From contig DXWI01000003.1 of the NCBI GenBank assembly GCA_019416935.1, forward strand, positions 60,583-124,582: 64,000 bases of DNA, read 5' to 3'. The notes beneath the pieces are model-generated. The model was given only the letters and a program-made list of their open reading frames with translations, was not told the DNA's origin and made no database searches. The DNA is from Clostridiales bacterium. GTDB lineage: Bacteria; Bacillota; Clostridia; Christensenellales; CAG-138. The translations under genes and the position numbers were made by a program. Below are positions 1-8,528 of the stretch, in pieces; the first letter of the stretch is position 1; each line of letters opens with the position of its first letter.

Positions 1-255
1 GCGGCCCTTGAGCAGGTGCTCCTCGACGATCTCCGTCACATCCGCCTCGGTGACGCGGCTGTAGAACGTGCCCTCGGGATACACGATCATGATGGGGCCG
101 AGCGCGCACAGGCCAAAGCAGCCGGTCTGCACAACCTTGATCTCATCGGAGAGGCCCTTTGCCGCCAGCTCCTTTTCCAGATGCGTACGGATGGCGGGGC
201 TTTCCGACGAGGTGCAGCCCGTACCGCCGCAAATCAATACATGTGAACGAATCAT
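1..255 (-). CDS. NuoF/HydB-like flavoprotein subunit of NADH-dependent [FeFe]-hydrogenase, N-terminal fragment (gene runs off the window start)
   Basis: Manual minus-strand translation from ATG at 255 gives MIRSHVLICGGTGCTSSESPAIRTHLEKELAAKGLSDEIKVVQTGCFGLCALGPIMIVYPEGTFYSRV. This is the thioredoxin-like 2Fe-2S N-domain seen in HydB/NuoF proteins. GGGAGG lies 5 nt upstream. No stop occurs before position 1, so the ORF is absent from the track. Confidence 0.7.
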   Translation of the reverse strand, partial: MIRSHVLICGGTGCTSSESPAIRTHLEKELAAKGLSDEIKVVQTGCFGLCALGPIMIVYPEGTFYSRVTEADVTEIVEEHLLKGR

Positions 256-273
256 GTTTACCTCCCGACTCCA

Positions 274-648
274 TTACTTCTGGGCTTCGCCGATGGTGTA
301 GGCATAGACGGGCTTGCCGCCCTTGATATGCTCCTCTACGACGCGCTTCGCCTTCTCCGGCGTCATCTTCACATAGGTGATCTTCTCGTCGCTGCCGTTT
401 TCATACACCTCGACGATGGGCTCGAGCCGGCAGATGCCGATGCAGCCGGTCTGCGTGACCGTCGCGGTATCCGTCAGGCCCAGCCGGTTCACCTCTTCCA
501 CGAGCGTATTGAGCACCGGTCGCGCGCCCGCGGCGATGCCGCAGGTCGCCATGCCGACGACGATGCGAATCGACTGATGCCCCTCGCGCAGAACGACGCG
601 GCTCTTCATCTTCTCGCGGATTGCCTGTAATTCAGCCAAAGATTTCAT
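274..648 (-). CDS. thioredoxin-like [2Fe-2S] ferredoxin
   Basis: 124 aa. Cysteine pattern MATCGIAAGARPV ... GCIGICRLEP. Sits 18 nt upstream of the NuoF-like start on the same strand. Confidence 0.8.
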   Translation of the reverse strand: MKSLAELQAIREKMKSRVVLREGHQSIRIVVGMATCGIAAGARPVLNTLVEEVNRLGLTDTATVTQTGCIGICRLEPIVEVYENGSDEKITYVKMTPEKAKRVVEEHIKGGKPVYAYTIGEAQK

Positions 649-678
649 AAAACGTTCTTCCTTTCGTTTTCATTGTTG

Positions 679-1281
679 CTAAAAACCATCCGTTCCGGTC
701 GTCTCCATCGCCTCCGCAACGCTCTCCTGCAGCCAGCGCAGCACCTCCGGCGCATCGAGCGGCACATCGCCGCCGAGCACCTGCCGCATCTCGGCCGTAT
801 CGAGCCAGAACGGCTCCGCCATACCGGCCAGATCCAGCGACAAAGAAATATCGATATTCGGATTCCCCTGCACGAGCGTCATCATCGTTGCCGGCAGGTC
901 GCCCAGCGGCACGCAGTCGATATGCGCCGTATCAAACGCGGCGGTTACGCGCGTGCCGTGCGCGCTTCCGGCCGCAAACGCTTCCCCCGGCCCCATGCCG
1001 CCCGGTGTGTCCCGGCGCGACGCGATGGTCAGCGCGCCGCCCGTCTGCTCCGCCGCCAGCTTGAGCAGCGGCAGGCCCAGCCCCACCGGCCGGGTCGTCC
1101 GCGTGGTGGCGAACGGGTCGGTCACGCGGCCAAGGAGCGCTTCGTCCATGCCGCAGCCGTCGTCGGTGATCGTGAGGGTTCGCCGCGAGCCGGCATCCGC
1201 AATCGCAATCTCGATGTGCGCCGCACCGGCGCGAACCGAGTTCTCGGCAATATCGAGGATGTTGAGCGCCAGTTCCTTCAT
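679..1281 (-). CDS. GHKL-type ATP-binding protein (histidine-kinase-like ATPase domain only)
   Basis: 200 aa. Bergerat-fold boxes are visible: DIAENSVRAGA (N box), TDDGCGMD (G1), GLGLPLL (G2). No His-box or TM segment. 4-nt overlap with the upstream PHP gene. Confidence 0.75.
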   Translation of the reverse strand: MKELALNILDIAENSVRAGAAHIEIAIADAGSRRTLTITDDGCGMDEALLGRVTDPFATTRTTRPVGLGLPLLKLAAEQTGGALTIASRRDTPGGMGPGEAFAAGSAHGTRVTAAFDTAHIDCVPLGDLPATMMTLVQGNPNIDISLSLDLAGMAEPFWLDTAEMRQVLGGDVPLDAPEVLRWLQESVAEAMETTGTDGF

Positions 1282-2000
1282 CGGCCCCCTCCGTCGAGCA
1301 GTCGAATGAGCGCGCTGCGCACCTGCTGCGCGTCGCCGCCGTGAAGCGGCAGAGTACAGGCCGCGTCCGCAATGTTCCAGAGATGGTGCGCGTCGCTCGC
1401 GGTGATGACCCGTCGGCGGTACCGTTCGGCAAGCGCCCGCGCCCGATCCGGATCCGCGACCTCGAGCGTTGCAAACGCCGGTTCCTCCGGGATCGTACCG
1501 AGAATGGCGAGGATGCCGTTGGCCTCGCGGTCGATGTGCGCCGGGTAGGCGGCGCCGCCGTGGGAGCGGACAAGCCGCACCGCCCGTTCAAGCGGCAGAG
1601 CCGTGGCAAGAATGAGCAGCGTCGCTTCCTCGCCGGCGGGCGTATCCCGTGTATCCATCAAAATCTGATTTCCAAAGATCTCGGGCCGGTTCTTCCGCTG
1701 CATCCGGCACGGCCGCACCGCCGCGTCGAACGCCATGGCCGTTTCCAGCGTCGGAAACAGGCACACCAGATGGATTTCCTCAGCCGTGGTCAGCTCCATC
1801 CCCGCGACCGGCACGACGCCGTGCGCCTCGCAGGCGCAGAAGAACGCCGGGCAGTTGCCGCAGCTGTTGTGGTCGGTCAGCGCAGCGATATCCAAGCCGC
1901 TGAGCATCGCCATGCCGGCGATGTTGGCGGGCGTCATGTCGTCGTCCGCGCAGGGCGACAGGCAGGAATGGATGTGCAGCTCGGCCCTGAGCATGCTCAC
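1278..2000 (-). CDS. PHP-domain phosphoesterase
   Basis: 240 aa. The N-terminal LHIHSCLSPCADDD and TDHNS motifs are typical of PHP metal-dependent phosphoesterases. 4-nt overlaps at both ends. Confidence 0.75.
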   Translation of the reverse strand: MSMLRAELHIHSCLSPCADDDMTPANIAGMAMLSGLDIAALTDHNSCGNCPAFFCACEAHGVVPVAGMELTTAEEIHLVCLFPTLETAMAFDAAVRPCRMQRKNRPEIFGNQILMDTRDTPAGEEATLLILATALPLERAVRLVRSHGGAAYPAHIDREANGILAILGTIPEEPAFATLEVADPDRARALAERYRRRVITASDAHHLWNIADAACTLPLHGGDAQQVRSALIRLLDGGGR

Positions 2001-2326
2001 GTCAGCAGGCCGGCAAGCCCCGCCGCCTGGTAGAACGCGGATTCCTGCGTACCGAGCAGGTTGACGCCGCGTGCCATGGCCAGCTCCGCCACGCCCTCAT
2101 CGGGCACGACATCCTCGCAGAGGAGGATGGCGGCGCAGTCGGTCAGCGCAGCCACCGCAATGATGTTGCGGTTCGACATGATCGTCAGCCACGCCGCGTC
2201 CGCCGGCGCGCGCCCCATGACCCAGCTGAGCAGGTCGCCCGCATATCCGCCGCGCACCTCTCGCTCCGGGTCGGGCAGCGCAAACGCCGTCCATCCAAAC
2301 CGCTCCATCATCTGTTGCACCGTCAT
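1997..2326 (-). CDS. DRTGG-domain-like small protein
   Basis: The track ORF (to 2401) starts at an upstream alternative codon. ATG at 2326 forms an ATGA overlap with the upstream stop and gives a 109-aa protein, MTVQQMMERFGW... The family name is from recall of how these small proteins are annotated in hydrogenase clusters. Confidence 0.55.
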   Translation of the reverse strand: MTVQQMMERFGWTAFALPDPEREVRGGYAGDLLSWVMGRAPADAAWLTIMSNRNIIAVAALTDCAAILLCEDVVPDEGVAELAMARGVNLLGTQESAFYQAAGLAGLLT

Positions 2327-3609
2327 GGCTGTTCGCGCTCCTCCTGATGCAGTTGTTGCACGCGCTCGCGCATGCGCACAATGCACTCCTCCGGCCGGCA
2401 CTCGCCGCGCACGACGTCCTCCGCAAACGCGCGGCAGGTCGGCGCGCCGCAGAACCCGCAGTCGAGTTCCGGCAGCGTCGTGTAAATTTCCTCGATGCGG
2501 GACATCTTTTCGAGCGCGCGCTCCATATCCTCGTCGAGCCTGGCGGCCGGCCGGTACTGGATCATGGAATCATACAAAAATCCGTTCGGCACGAACGACG
2601 CGTCGCCATAGGGCGGGATGCGGTTTTCCGATACCGGCAGATAGCGCCGGATCGACTGCAGGCGCACGCGGGCGATATACGGGTTTTCTACCGTCGCCAC
2701 CCCGCCGACGCAGCCGCCGTCGCAGGCGTTGAGCTCGATGAAATCCAGCATGGGGAAGCTGCCCGTCTCGATCTGGTCGAGCACACGGATCACGTTTTCA
2801 ATGCCGTCCGCGGCCAGATAGCGGTCGCTGTACAGCGCGCCGCCCTCGCCGCCTGTGCTGGCCCAGCTGATGCCGGTGCGCCCCGTGCGGCTCGTGGCCT
2901 CCGGCGCCACGCCCCGGCGCATGACCGGCAAAAGACGAAAATAGATGTCGCTCATGGACACGACATAGTCCACGCTGTCGCTCGGGTTGGACCAGTTTTT
3001 TACAAAGCTCGCCTTGGCCGGACAGGGCGAGATGAACACGGTGCAGATTTCATCCTCGCGCAGCTCCGGATGCTTGCGCAGCGCCTCCGCCTTGGCCAGC
3101 CGGCTCGCGATCTCGATCGGTGGCAGAATCGGCATGATGTGGTCGCACAGGTACGGAAAGCGCAGGCTGATGAGCCGCACAATGGTCGGGCAGGCCGAGT
3201 TGATGACCGGCCGCGGAATGTCCATGCGGCGCATATAGTTGCGCGTATACTCGGAGACCAGCTCCGCCGCCTGCGCCACCTCAAACACCTGATCAAAGCC
3301 GATATCGAGCAGGCCCTGCAATACATAGTCCACATCGTCGAGATGGTCAAACTGACCGTACAGCGACGGCGCGGGCAGGGCGATGCGCCATTTTTTCTTC
3401 TCGGGAATATCCTCCATCCGGTCAAAATTCGCTTTTTTCGCCTTGTGCGGGCAGATGCGGATACACGCGCCGCAATCAATACACAGTCTCGAATTGATTA
3501 CGGCGTGTCCGTCGCGAATGCGTATCGCCTGCGTCGGGCAGCGCTTCAGGCAGTTGGTACAGCCCTTGCACCGGTCGATATCCAGCGAAACCGAATGTTT
3601 GTACTCCAT
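2323..3609 (-). CDS. [FeFe]-hydrogenase-like Fe-S protein (sensory HydS-type candidate)
   Basis: 428 aa. N-terminal two 4Fe-4S ferredoxin motifs (CKGCTNCLKRCP, CIDCGACIRICP). H-cluster-like motifs INSACPTIV, FISPCPAKA and ELNACDGGCVGG. C-terminal CGFCGAPTC..C....C motif. Confidence 0.8.
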   Translation of the reverse strand: MEYKHSVSLDIDRCKGCTNCLKRCPTQAIRIRDGHAVINSRLCIDCGACIRICPHKAKKANFDRMEDIPEKKKWRIALPAPSLYGQFDHLDDVDYVLQGLLDIGFDQVFEVAQAAELVSEYTRNYMRRMDIPRPVINSACPTIVRLISLRFPYLCDHIMPILPPIEIASRLAKAEALRKHPELREDEICTVFISPCPAKASFVKNWSNPSDSVDYVVSMSDIYFRLLPVMRRGVAPEATSRTGRTGISWASTGGEGGALYSDRYLAADGIENVIRVLDQIETGSFPMLDFIELNACDGGCVGGVATVENPYIARVRLQSIRRYLPVSENRIPPYGDASFVPNGFLYDSMIQYRPAARLDEDMERALEKMSRIEEIYTTLPELDCGFCGAPTCRAFAEDVVRGECRPEECIVRMRERVQQLHQEEREQP

Positions 3610-3619
3610 TCTGCGCTCC

Positions 3620-4045
3620 TTATTTGACCAGAACCGTCATCCGGATCGTCGTTCCCACACCGACCGTGGATTCGATCTCCATCTCATCCGTATAGCGTTT
3701 CATGTTGGGCAGCCCCATGCCCGCGCCAAAGCCCAGCATATGGATGGTGTCCGGCGCGGTGGAATACCCCTCCTGCATGGCCAGCGCGATATCCGCGATG
3801 CCGGGGCCGTGGTCGGTCAGCACCAGCTCGATGCGGTCGCGGTAAACGGTCACGTCCGCCTCGCCGCCGCGGGCATGGATGACCATGTTGATCTCACCCT
3901 CGTACATGGCAATGGACACGCAGCGAATCACCTCGGGCGAAAACCCAAGCTGCCGCAGCTTGCGCTTGACCTCGACCGACGCCTCGCCGGCGGAGATGAA
4001 GTTGTCGCCGTCCACATCGAAGTGAAACTGTAACGCCCCGCCCAT
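3620..4045 (-). CDS. anti-sigma-regulatory-factor-type Ser/Thr kinase (GHKL)
   Basis: 141 aa. MYEGEINMVIHA, LTDHGPGI and GFGAGMGLPNM resemble the RsbW/SpoIIAB-like kinase fold. Confidence 0.75.
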   Translation of the reverse strand: MGGALQFHFDVDGDNFISAGEASVEVKRKLRQLGFSPEVIRCVSIAMYEGEINMVIHARGGEADVTVYRDRIELVLTDHGPGIADIALAMQEGYSTAPDTIHMLGFGAGMGLPNMKRYTDEMEIESTVGVGTTIRMTVLVK

Positions 4046-4049
4046 CGGT

Positions 4050-4397
4050 CTAATCCTCTAAGCGGCCGAGGCCGTTCCAATACAGGCGTCCGCACGCCTC
4101 GTACATGCGCAGCGCCGTCGACATCACCGTGATGCCGCTCTCCTCCGCAAACGGCAGCACCTCCGGCAGCGGCCGCTTGTTTCGTACAAATACAACGCAG
4201 TGAATATCCATCATCAGCGCCGTGCGGATGACCTGCGGGTTCACAAGTCCCGTCAGCAGCACGGCCTGGTCTTTGACATATGCAAGCACATCGCTCATCA
4301 TATCGCTTCCGCAGGCCGACACGACCTCTTCATCGAGGCGCGCCTTTCCCGTCAGCACTTCGGCGTTCAACAGGGTTGCGATCTCCCCCAGCTTCAT
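4050..4397 (-). CDS. DRTGG-domain-like small protein (second copy)
   Basis: 115 aa. Similar size and context to 1997-2326. Name from recall only. Confidence 0.55.
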   Translation of the reverse strand: MKLGEIATLLNAEVLTGKARLDEEVVSACGSDMMSDVLAYVKDQAVLLTGLVNPQVIRTALMMDIHCVVFVRNKRPLPEVLPFAEESGITVMSTALRMYEACGRLYWNGLGRLED

Positions 4398-4436
4398 GCG
4401 CTTTGTCCTTCCTTCCGGGTTGATCCGGCTAATCGG

Positions 4437-4934
4437 TTATGAACGGTATTTGTCCAGAATGCCCCGGATATCCGCAGGCGTCAGGCGGCCGTAGACCTCG
4501 TCGCCCACGGTCATAACCGGCGCAAGCCCGCAGCAGCCGAGGCAGCGGGTCGCCTCGAGCGTAAACTGGCCGTCCGGCGTGGTGCCGCCGGCCTTGATGC
4601 CGAGCTGCTTTTCCAACTCGTCCAGAATCGCCTGCGCGCCCTTGACATAGCAGGCCGTGCCGAGGCAGACCGCAACGCGGTGCTTGCCCGTGGGGTTGAG
4701 CGAGAATTGGGCATAAAACGTGACAACCGCGTAGACCTCCTCCAGCGACAGGCCGAGCCCCTCCGCGACCATGATCTGCACTTCAACGGGCAGATAGCCG
4801 TAGATCTCCTGCGCCTTCTGCAGCACCGGCATGAGCGCGCCCGGCACGTTCCGATGTGCGGCGATGGCCTCTTTTAGTTTCGTTTCCTGCTCCGGCGTGC
4901 CGCGAAACGGTACAACGGTTTTCTGTTTCGCCAT
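4437..4934 (-). CDS. NuoE/HydC-like [2Fe-2S] subunit of NADH-dependent hydrogenase
   Basis: 165 aa. LPVLQKAQEIYGYLP ... CLGTACYVKG ... CLGCCGLAP is the classic NuoE 24-kDa subunit signature. AGGAGG RBS. Confidence 0.85.
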   Translation of the reverse strand: MAKQKTVVPFRGTPEQETKLKEAIAAHRNVPGALMPVLQKAQEIYGYLPVEVQIMVAEGLGLSLEEVYAVVTFYAQFSLNPTGKHRVAVCLGTACYVKGAQAILDELEKQLGIKAGGTTPDGQFTLEATRCLGCCGLAPVMTVGDEVYGRLTPADIRGILDKYRS

Positions 4935-5044
4935 ACATTACCTCCTAAGACGATGTCTGTTCTATCCATTTTATACTGTTTATGGGATGTTGAGCGAACC
5001 AGCCGGCACCGCGCCAAAGAAACCGCACACCGACAGGTACTAGT

Positions 5045-5073
5045 ATATTACCATACGGAAATCGATTTTTCAA
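5045..5073 (-). promoter_or_regulatory. candidate sigma-A promoter of the hydrogenase accessory operon
   Basis: Minus strand reads TTGAAA, 17 nt, TAATAT. It lies about 110 nt upstream of the NuoE-like start. Confidence 0.5.
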
Positions 5074-5150
5074 CAGCAGCACGCCGTTTTCTCGCTCCAA
5101 AATTATCGATTTTTTTCGATCGATACTTCGGGAGCGTATGCCGGCCCGTA

Positions 5151-5179
5151 TTGCCTTTTCACGGGGCGTGAGATATAAT
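5151..5179 (+). promoter_or_regulatory. candidate sigma-A promoter of galE
   Basis: TTGCCT (5151-5156), 17 nt, TATAAT (5174-5179). It lies 34 nt upstream of the galE ATG. Confidence 0.6.
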
Positions 5180-5212
5180 ACAGGAAACTTTTATCTGCGG
5201 AGGGCGCCAACC

Positions 5213-6229
5213 ATGTTGATTCTTGTGACCGGCGGCGCCGGGTACATCGGTTCCCACACCGTTCTCTCCCTTCTCGAAGCGGGCTATGATGTTCTGATTG
5301 CGGACAGCTTCATCAACAGCAAGCCGGAGGTCGTGGACCGGCTTCATGCGCTTGCAAACAAACCGTTTCTGTTTGAGCGCTGCGACCTGTGCGACGCGGA
5401 CGCGGCCGAGCGCCTCTTTGCCGCGCAGCCAATCGACGCGGTCATCCACTTCGCCGGCCTCAAGGCCGTCGGCGAATCGGTCGCGCAGCCGCTGCGCTAC
5501 TATGACAACAATCTGCGCTCCACGCTCAACCTGCTCGAATCCATGCGCCGCCACGGCGTCAAGCGGTTTGTTTTCAGTTCAAGCGCAACCGTCTACGGCG
5601 ATCCGGCGCGCGTGCCGATCCGCGAGGACGCGCCGCTGTCCGCCACGAACCCCTACGGCTGGACCAAGCTGATGATCGAGCAGATGCTCCGGGACGCGGC
5701 GCACGCCGATGAAACGCTCTCGGTGTCGCTGCTTCGCTATTTCAACCCGATCGGCGCGCACGAGAGCGGCCTGATCGGCGAGGACCCGAACGGGATTCCG
5801 AACAATCTGCTGCCGTATATCGCGCAGGTGGCGACGGGCAAGCTCCCGTTTTTGCGCGTGTTCGGCAACGACTATCCCACGCACGACGGCACCGGCGTGC
5901 GCGACTATATCCATGTCTCCGATCTGGCGGAGGGGCATGTTGCCGCGCTTGCCGAGCTGGAGAAGAACGGCCCGGGCGTGCGCACGGTCAATCTCGGCAC
6001 GGGCGTGGGCTACTCGGTGTTCGATGTGCTGCACGCGTTTGAAGCGGCATGTGAAAAAACGCTCCCCTACCGGATCGTCGGGCGCCGCAGCGGCGACGTC
6101 GCGGCCTGTTACGCAGACCCGGCCTACGCCAAAGCGCTGCTCGGCTGGGAGGCCAAGCGGGATCTGACCCGCATGTGCGCCGATACCTGGCGCTGGCAGA
6201 AGGCCAACCCGAACGGATACGACGGCTGA
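5213..6229 (+). CDS. galE: UDP-glucose 4-epimerase
   Basis: MLILVTGGAGYIGSH Rossmann start, then the YGWTK catalytic motif and the C-terminal ADTWRWQ. GGAGGG RBS before ATG 5213. The track ORF starts further upstream at 5138. Confidence 0.9.
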   Translation: MLILVTGGAGYIGSHTVLSLLEAGYDVLIADSFINSKPEVVDRLHALANKPFLFERCDLCDADAAERLFAAQPIDAVIHFAGLKAVGESVAQPLRYYDNNLRSTLNLLESMRRHGVKRFVFSSSATVYGDPARVPIREDAPLSATNPYGWTKLMIEQMLRDAAHADETLSVSLLRYFNPIGAHESGLIGEDPNGIPNNLLPYIAQVATGKLPFLRVFGNDYPTHDGTGVRDYIHVSDLAEGHVAALAELEKNGPGVRTVNLGTGVGYSVFDVLHAFEAACEKTLPYRIVGRRSGDVAACYADPAYAKALLGWEAKRDLTRMCADTWRWQKANPNGYDG

Positions 6230-6268
6230 CCGTCAAAACACACTTTTTTGATACAGGAGGCGTATTGT

Positions 6269-7192
6269 ATGCAGAAACCAACGCTGATCGTCATGGCCGC
6301 GGGCATGGGCTCGCGCTACGGCGGGCTCAAGCAGATCGATCCCATCGGCCCGCACGGAGAGATCATCATCGACTATTCGCTCTTCGACGCCATCCGCGCC
6401 GGGTTTGAGCGCGTGGTGTTCATCATCAACCGCCGTATCGCGGATGACTTTCGCGACATCGTGGGCGACCGCATCAAGGCGCACATGCAGGTGGACTATG
6501 TGTATCAGGAGCTCACGGAGCGCCTGCCCGACGGGTTTTCCGTTCCCGAGGGACGCAGGAAACCATGGGGCACGGCGCACGCCATCCTGTGCTGCGCCGG
6601 CCTGATCGACGGCCCCTTCGCCGTGATCAACGCGGATGACTATTACGGCCGCCATGCCTATGCTCTGCTGTACAACCGGCTGTGCCACAGCGCCGACCGG
6701 AACGGGGTCTACGACTACAGCATGGTCGGCTTCCGGTTGGCCAACACGCTGACCGAGCATGGCTCCGTCGCGCGCGGCGTGTGCGAAACCGATGCAGACG
6801 GCCGCCTGACCAACATCATGGAGCGCACGCGCGTCGAGCTGGTCAACGGCAGCCCCGCCTTCACCGAGGATGGCGAGCACTGGACGGCGGTGCCGGCGGA
6901 CAACCTCGTGTCCATGAACATGTGGGGCTTTACGCCCAGTCTGTTTGCCGAGCTGGAAACGCGCTTTCCGCGCTTTCTTGCCGAAACCGTGCCGCAAAAC
7001 CCCGAAAAGTCCGAGATGTACATCCCGATGGAGGTCGGCGCGCTGCTGCGCGAGGGCCGCTGCACCGTGGATGTGCTCTCCTCGCCCGACCGCTGGTACG
7101 GTGTGACCTACCGGGAGGACAAGCCCTCCGTGACCGCGGCGCTGCGCCGCCTCACCGACGAGGGCGTATACCCCGACCGGCCGCTGTTCTGA
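6269..7192 (+). CDS. sugar-phosphate nucleotidyltransferase
   Basis: LIVMAAGMGSRYGGLKQ is a G-rich NTP-transferase loop. AGGAGG precedes ATG 6269. Adjacent to galE. Confidence 0.75.
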   Translation: MQKPTLIVMAAGMGSRYGGLKQIDPIGPHGEIIIDYSLFDAIRAGFERVVFIINRRIADDFRDIVGDRIKAHMQVDYVYQELTERLPDGFSVPEGRRKPWGTAHAILCCAGLIDGPFAVINADDYYGRHAYALLYNRLCHSADRNGVYDYSMVGFRLANTLTEHGSVARGVCETDADGRLTNIMERTRVELVNGSPAFTEDGEHWTAVPADNLVSMNMWGFTPSLFAELETRFPRFLAETVPQNPEKSEMYIPMEVGALLREGRCTVDVLSSPDRWYGVTYREDKPSVTAALRRLTDEGVYPDRPLF

Positions 7193-7205
7193 GCGTGCCG
7201 CATCG

Positions 7206-7955
7206 ATGGAGGAACATCCGCTATCCATGGAACTGACCTATCTGAGCAACAGCGGGTTTCTGCTCTCGGACGGGCGCACGGCCCTCATCTTTGACGATGA
7301 GGGCCGCTGTCCGGACATCATCAACCGCGCGGCGCTTCAGCGCTTTGACGCGGCGGTATTCTTTGTCAGCCACAGTCACGGCGATCACTTCTCCCCCGGC
7401 ATCTTCTCGTTTTCGGATGTGCCGGGCGTTCATTATGTCCTCTCCGACGACGTGCCCACGGCCGGTCTTCCGGAGGGCGTGCGGGCAACGCGCATGCGGC
7501 CGATGCAGCAGACCGCGGCCGCAAACTGCTGCGTGACGGCGTTCGGCTCCACGGATCTGGGCGTGAGCTTTCTCGTCCTGTGGAACGGCGTGCGCATGTT
7601 CCACGCGGGCGATCTCAACAACTGGCACTGGCGCGCCGAATCCACCGACGACGAGGTGCGGGAGGCGCAGCAGGCGTTCGATGCGATCGTCAGCCAAATC
7701 CCGCGCCCGATCGACCTTGCGTTCTTTCCCGTCGACCCCCGCATGGGGCCAGACTATGACTTGGGCGCGCGCCAGTTTGCCGCGCGCATCCGGCCGCGTC
7801 TGTTCGTTCCCATGCATTTTCGGGAGGCGGCATGTGCCGCGATGGATTTTCAGTCCTCGCTCGAAGTGCCGGGCGTGCGGGTGCTGCCGCTCACGGAGAG
7901 CGGGCAGCGCTGCGAGCTTCCGTTCGGCGCGGCGCCCCGCCCCACATCTTTGTAA
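7206..7955 (+). CDS. MBL-fold metallo-hydrolase
   Basis: 249 aa with the HSHGDHF (HxHxDH) motif. The start is uncertain (7206 or 7227). Confidence 0.65.
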   Translation: MEEHPLSMELTYLSNSGFLLSDGRTALIFDDEGRCPDIINRAALQRFDAAVFFVSHSHGDHFSPGIFSFSDVPGVHYVLSDDVPTAGLPEGVRATRMRPMQQTAAANCCVTAFGSTDLGVSFLVLWNGVRMFHAGDLNNWHWRAESTDDEVREAQQAFDAIVSQIPRPIDLAFFPVDPRMGPDYDLGARQFAARIRPRLFVPMHFREAACAAMDFQSSLEVPGVRVLPLTESGQRCELPFGAAPRPTSL

Positions 7956-7967
7956 GGAGACGTCAAT

Positions 7968-8339
7968 ATGCAGTTCAAGATGGACCACAACAATCTGAAC
8001 GTGACCGATATGGAGCGTTCCATCCGCTTTTACAGGGAGGCGCTCGGCCTGTACCCGGTGCGCGATGTGCGGTCGGAGGACGGCTCGTTCCGCATCGTGT
8101 TCCTTGAGGACGGCGTGTCCGGCTGGCGGTTGGAGCTGACATGGCTCAGGGATCACCCGGAGCCCTACGACCTCGGCGAGAATGAGAGTCATCTGGCCCT
8201 GCGCGTGGACGACTTTGAGGCTGCGCACGAAAAGCACAGCCGCATGGGCTGCATCTGCTATGAAAATGCGTCGATGGGCATCTATTTCATTCACGATCCG
8301 GACGACTACTGGCTGGAGATCTGCCCGGTCCGCGATTAG
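7968..8339 (+). CDS. VOC family protein / lactoylglutathione lyase-like
   Basis: 123 aa. HNNLNVTDMERSIRFYREALGL and the HLALRVDD pattern of glyoxalase I-type VOC proteins. AAGGAG RBS. Confidence 0.8.
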   Translation: MQFKMDHNNLNVTDMERSIRFYREALGLYPVRDVRSEDGSFRIVFLEDGVSGWRLELTWLRDHPEPYDLGENESHLALRVDDFEAAHEKHSRMGCICYENASMGIYFIHDPDDYWLEICPVRD

Positions 8340-8528
8340 GTCCGCGGCAGGGCGCCGGCGCCGCGTTCCGTTCGCTCCGCCCGCAACAGGGTTGCAGAAA
8401 GGACAGCGAGTTTACAATTTTTTCTTATATGAAAATTGCGTGAAATCTGCTCATTTGACACCCTTCCCCACTAGGAAAAACGAGCGTTGTGTGCTATGAT
8501 GACTACACAGTAAGCTCTGGAGGTGCGT

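Noticed and set aside
5138-5212. Upstream extension of galE (MPARIAFSRGVRYNTGNFYLRRAPT...)
   Set aside because: The extension overlaps the TTGCCT-17-TATAAT promoter. The conserved Rossmann N-terminus MLILVTGGAGYIGSH begins at ATG 5213, directly after GGAGGG.
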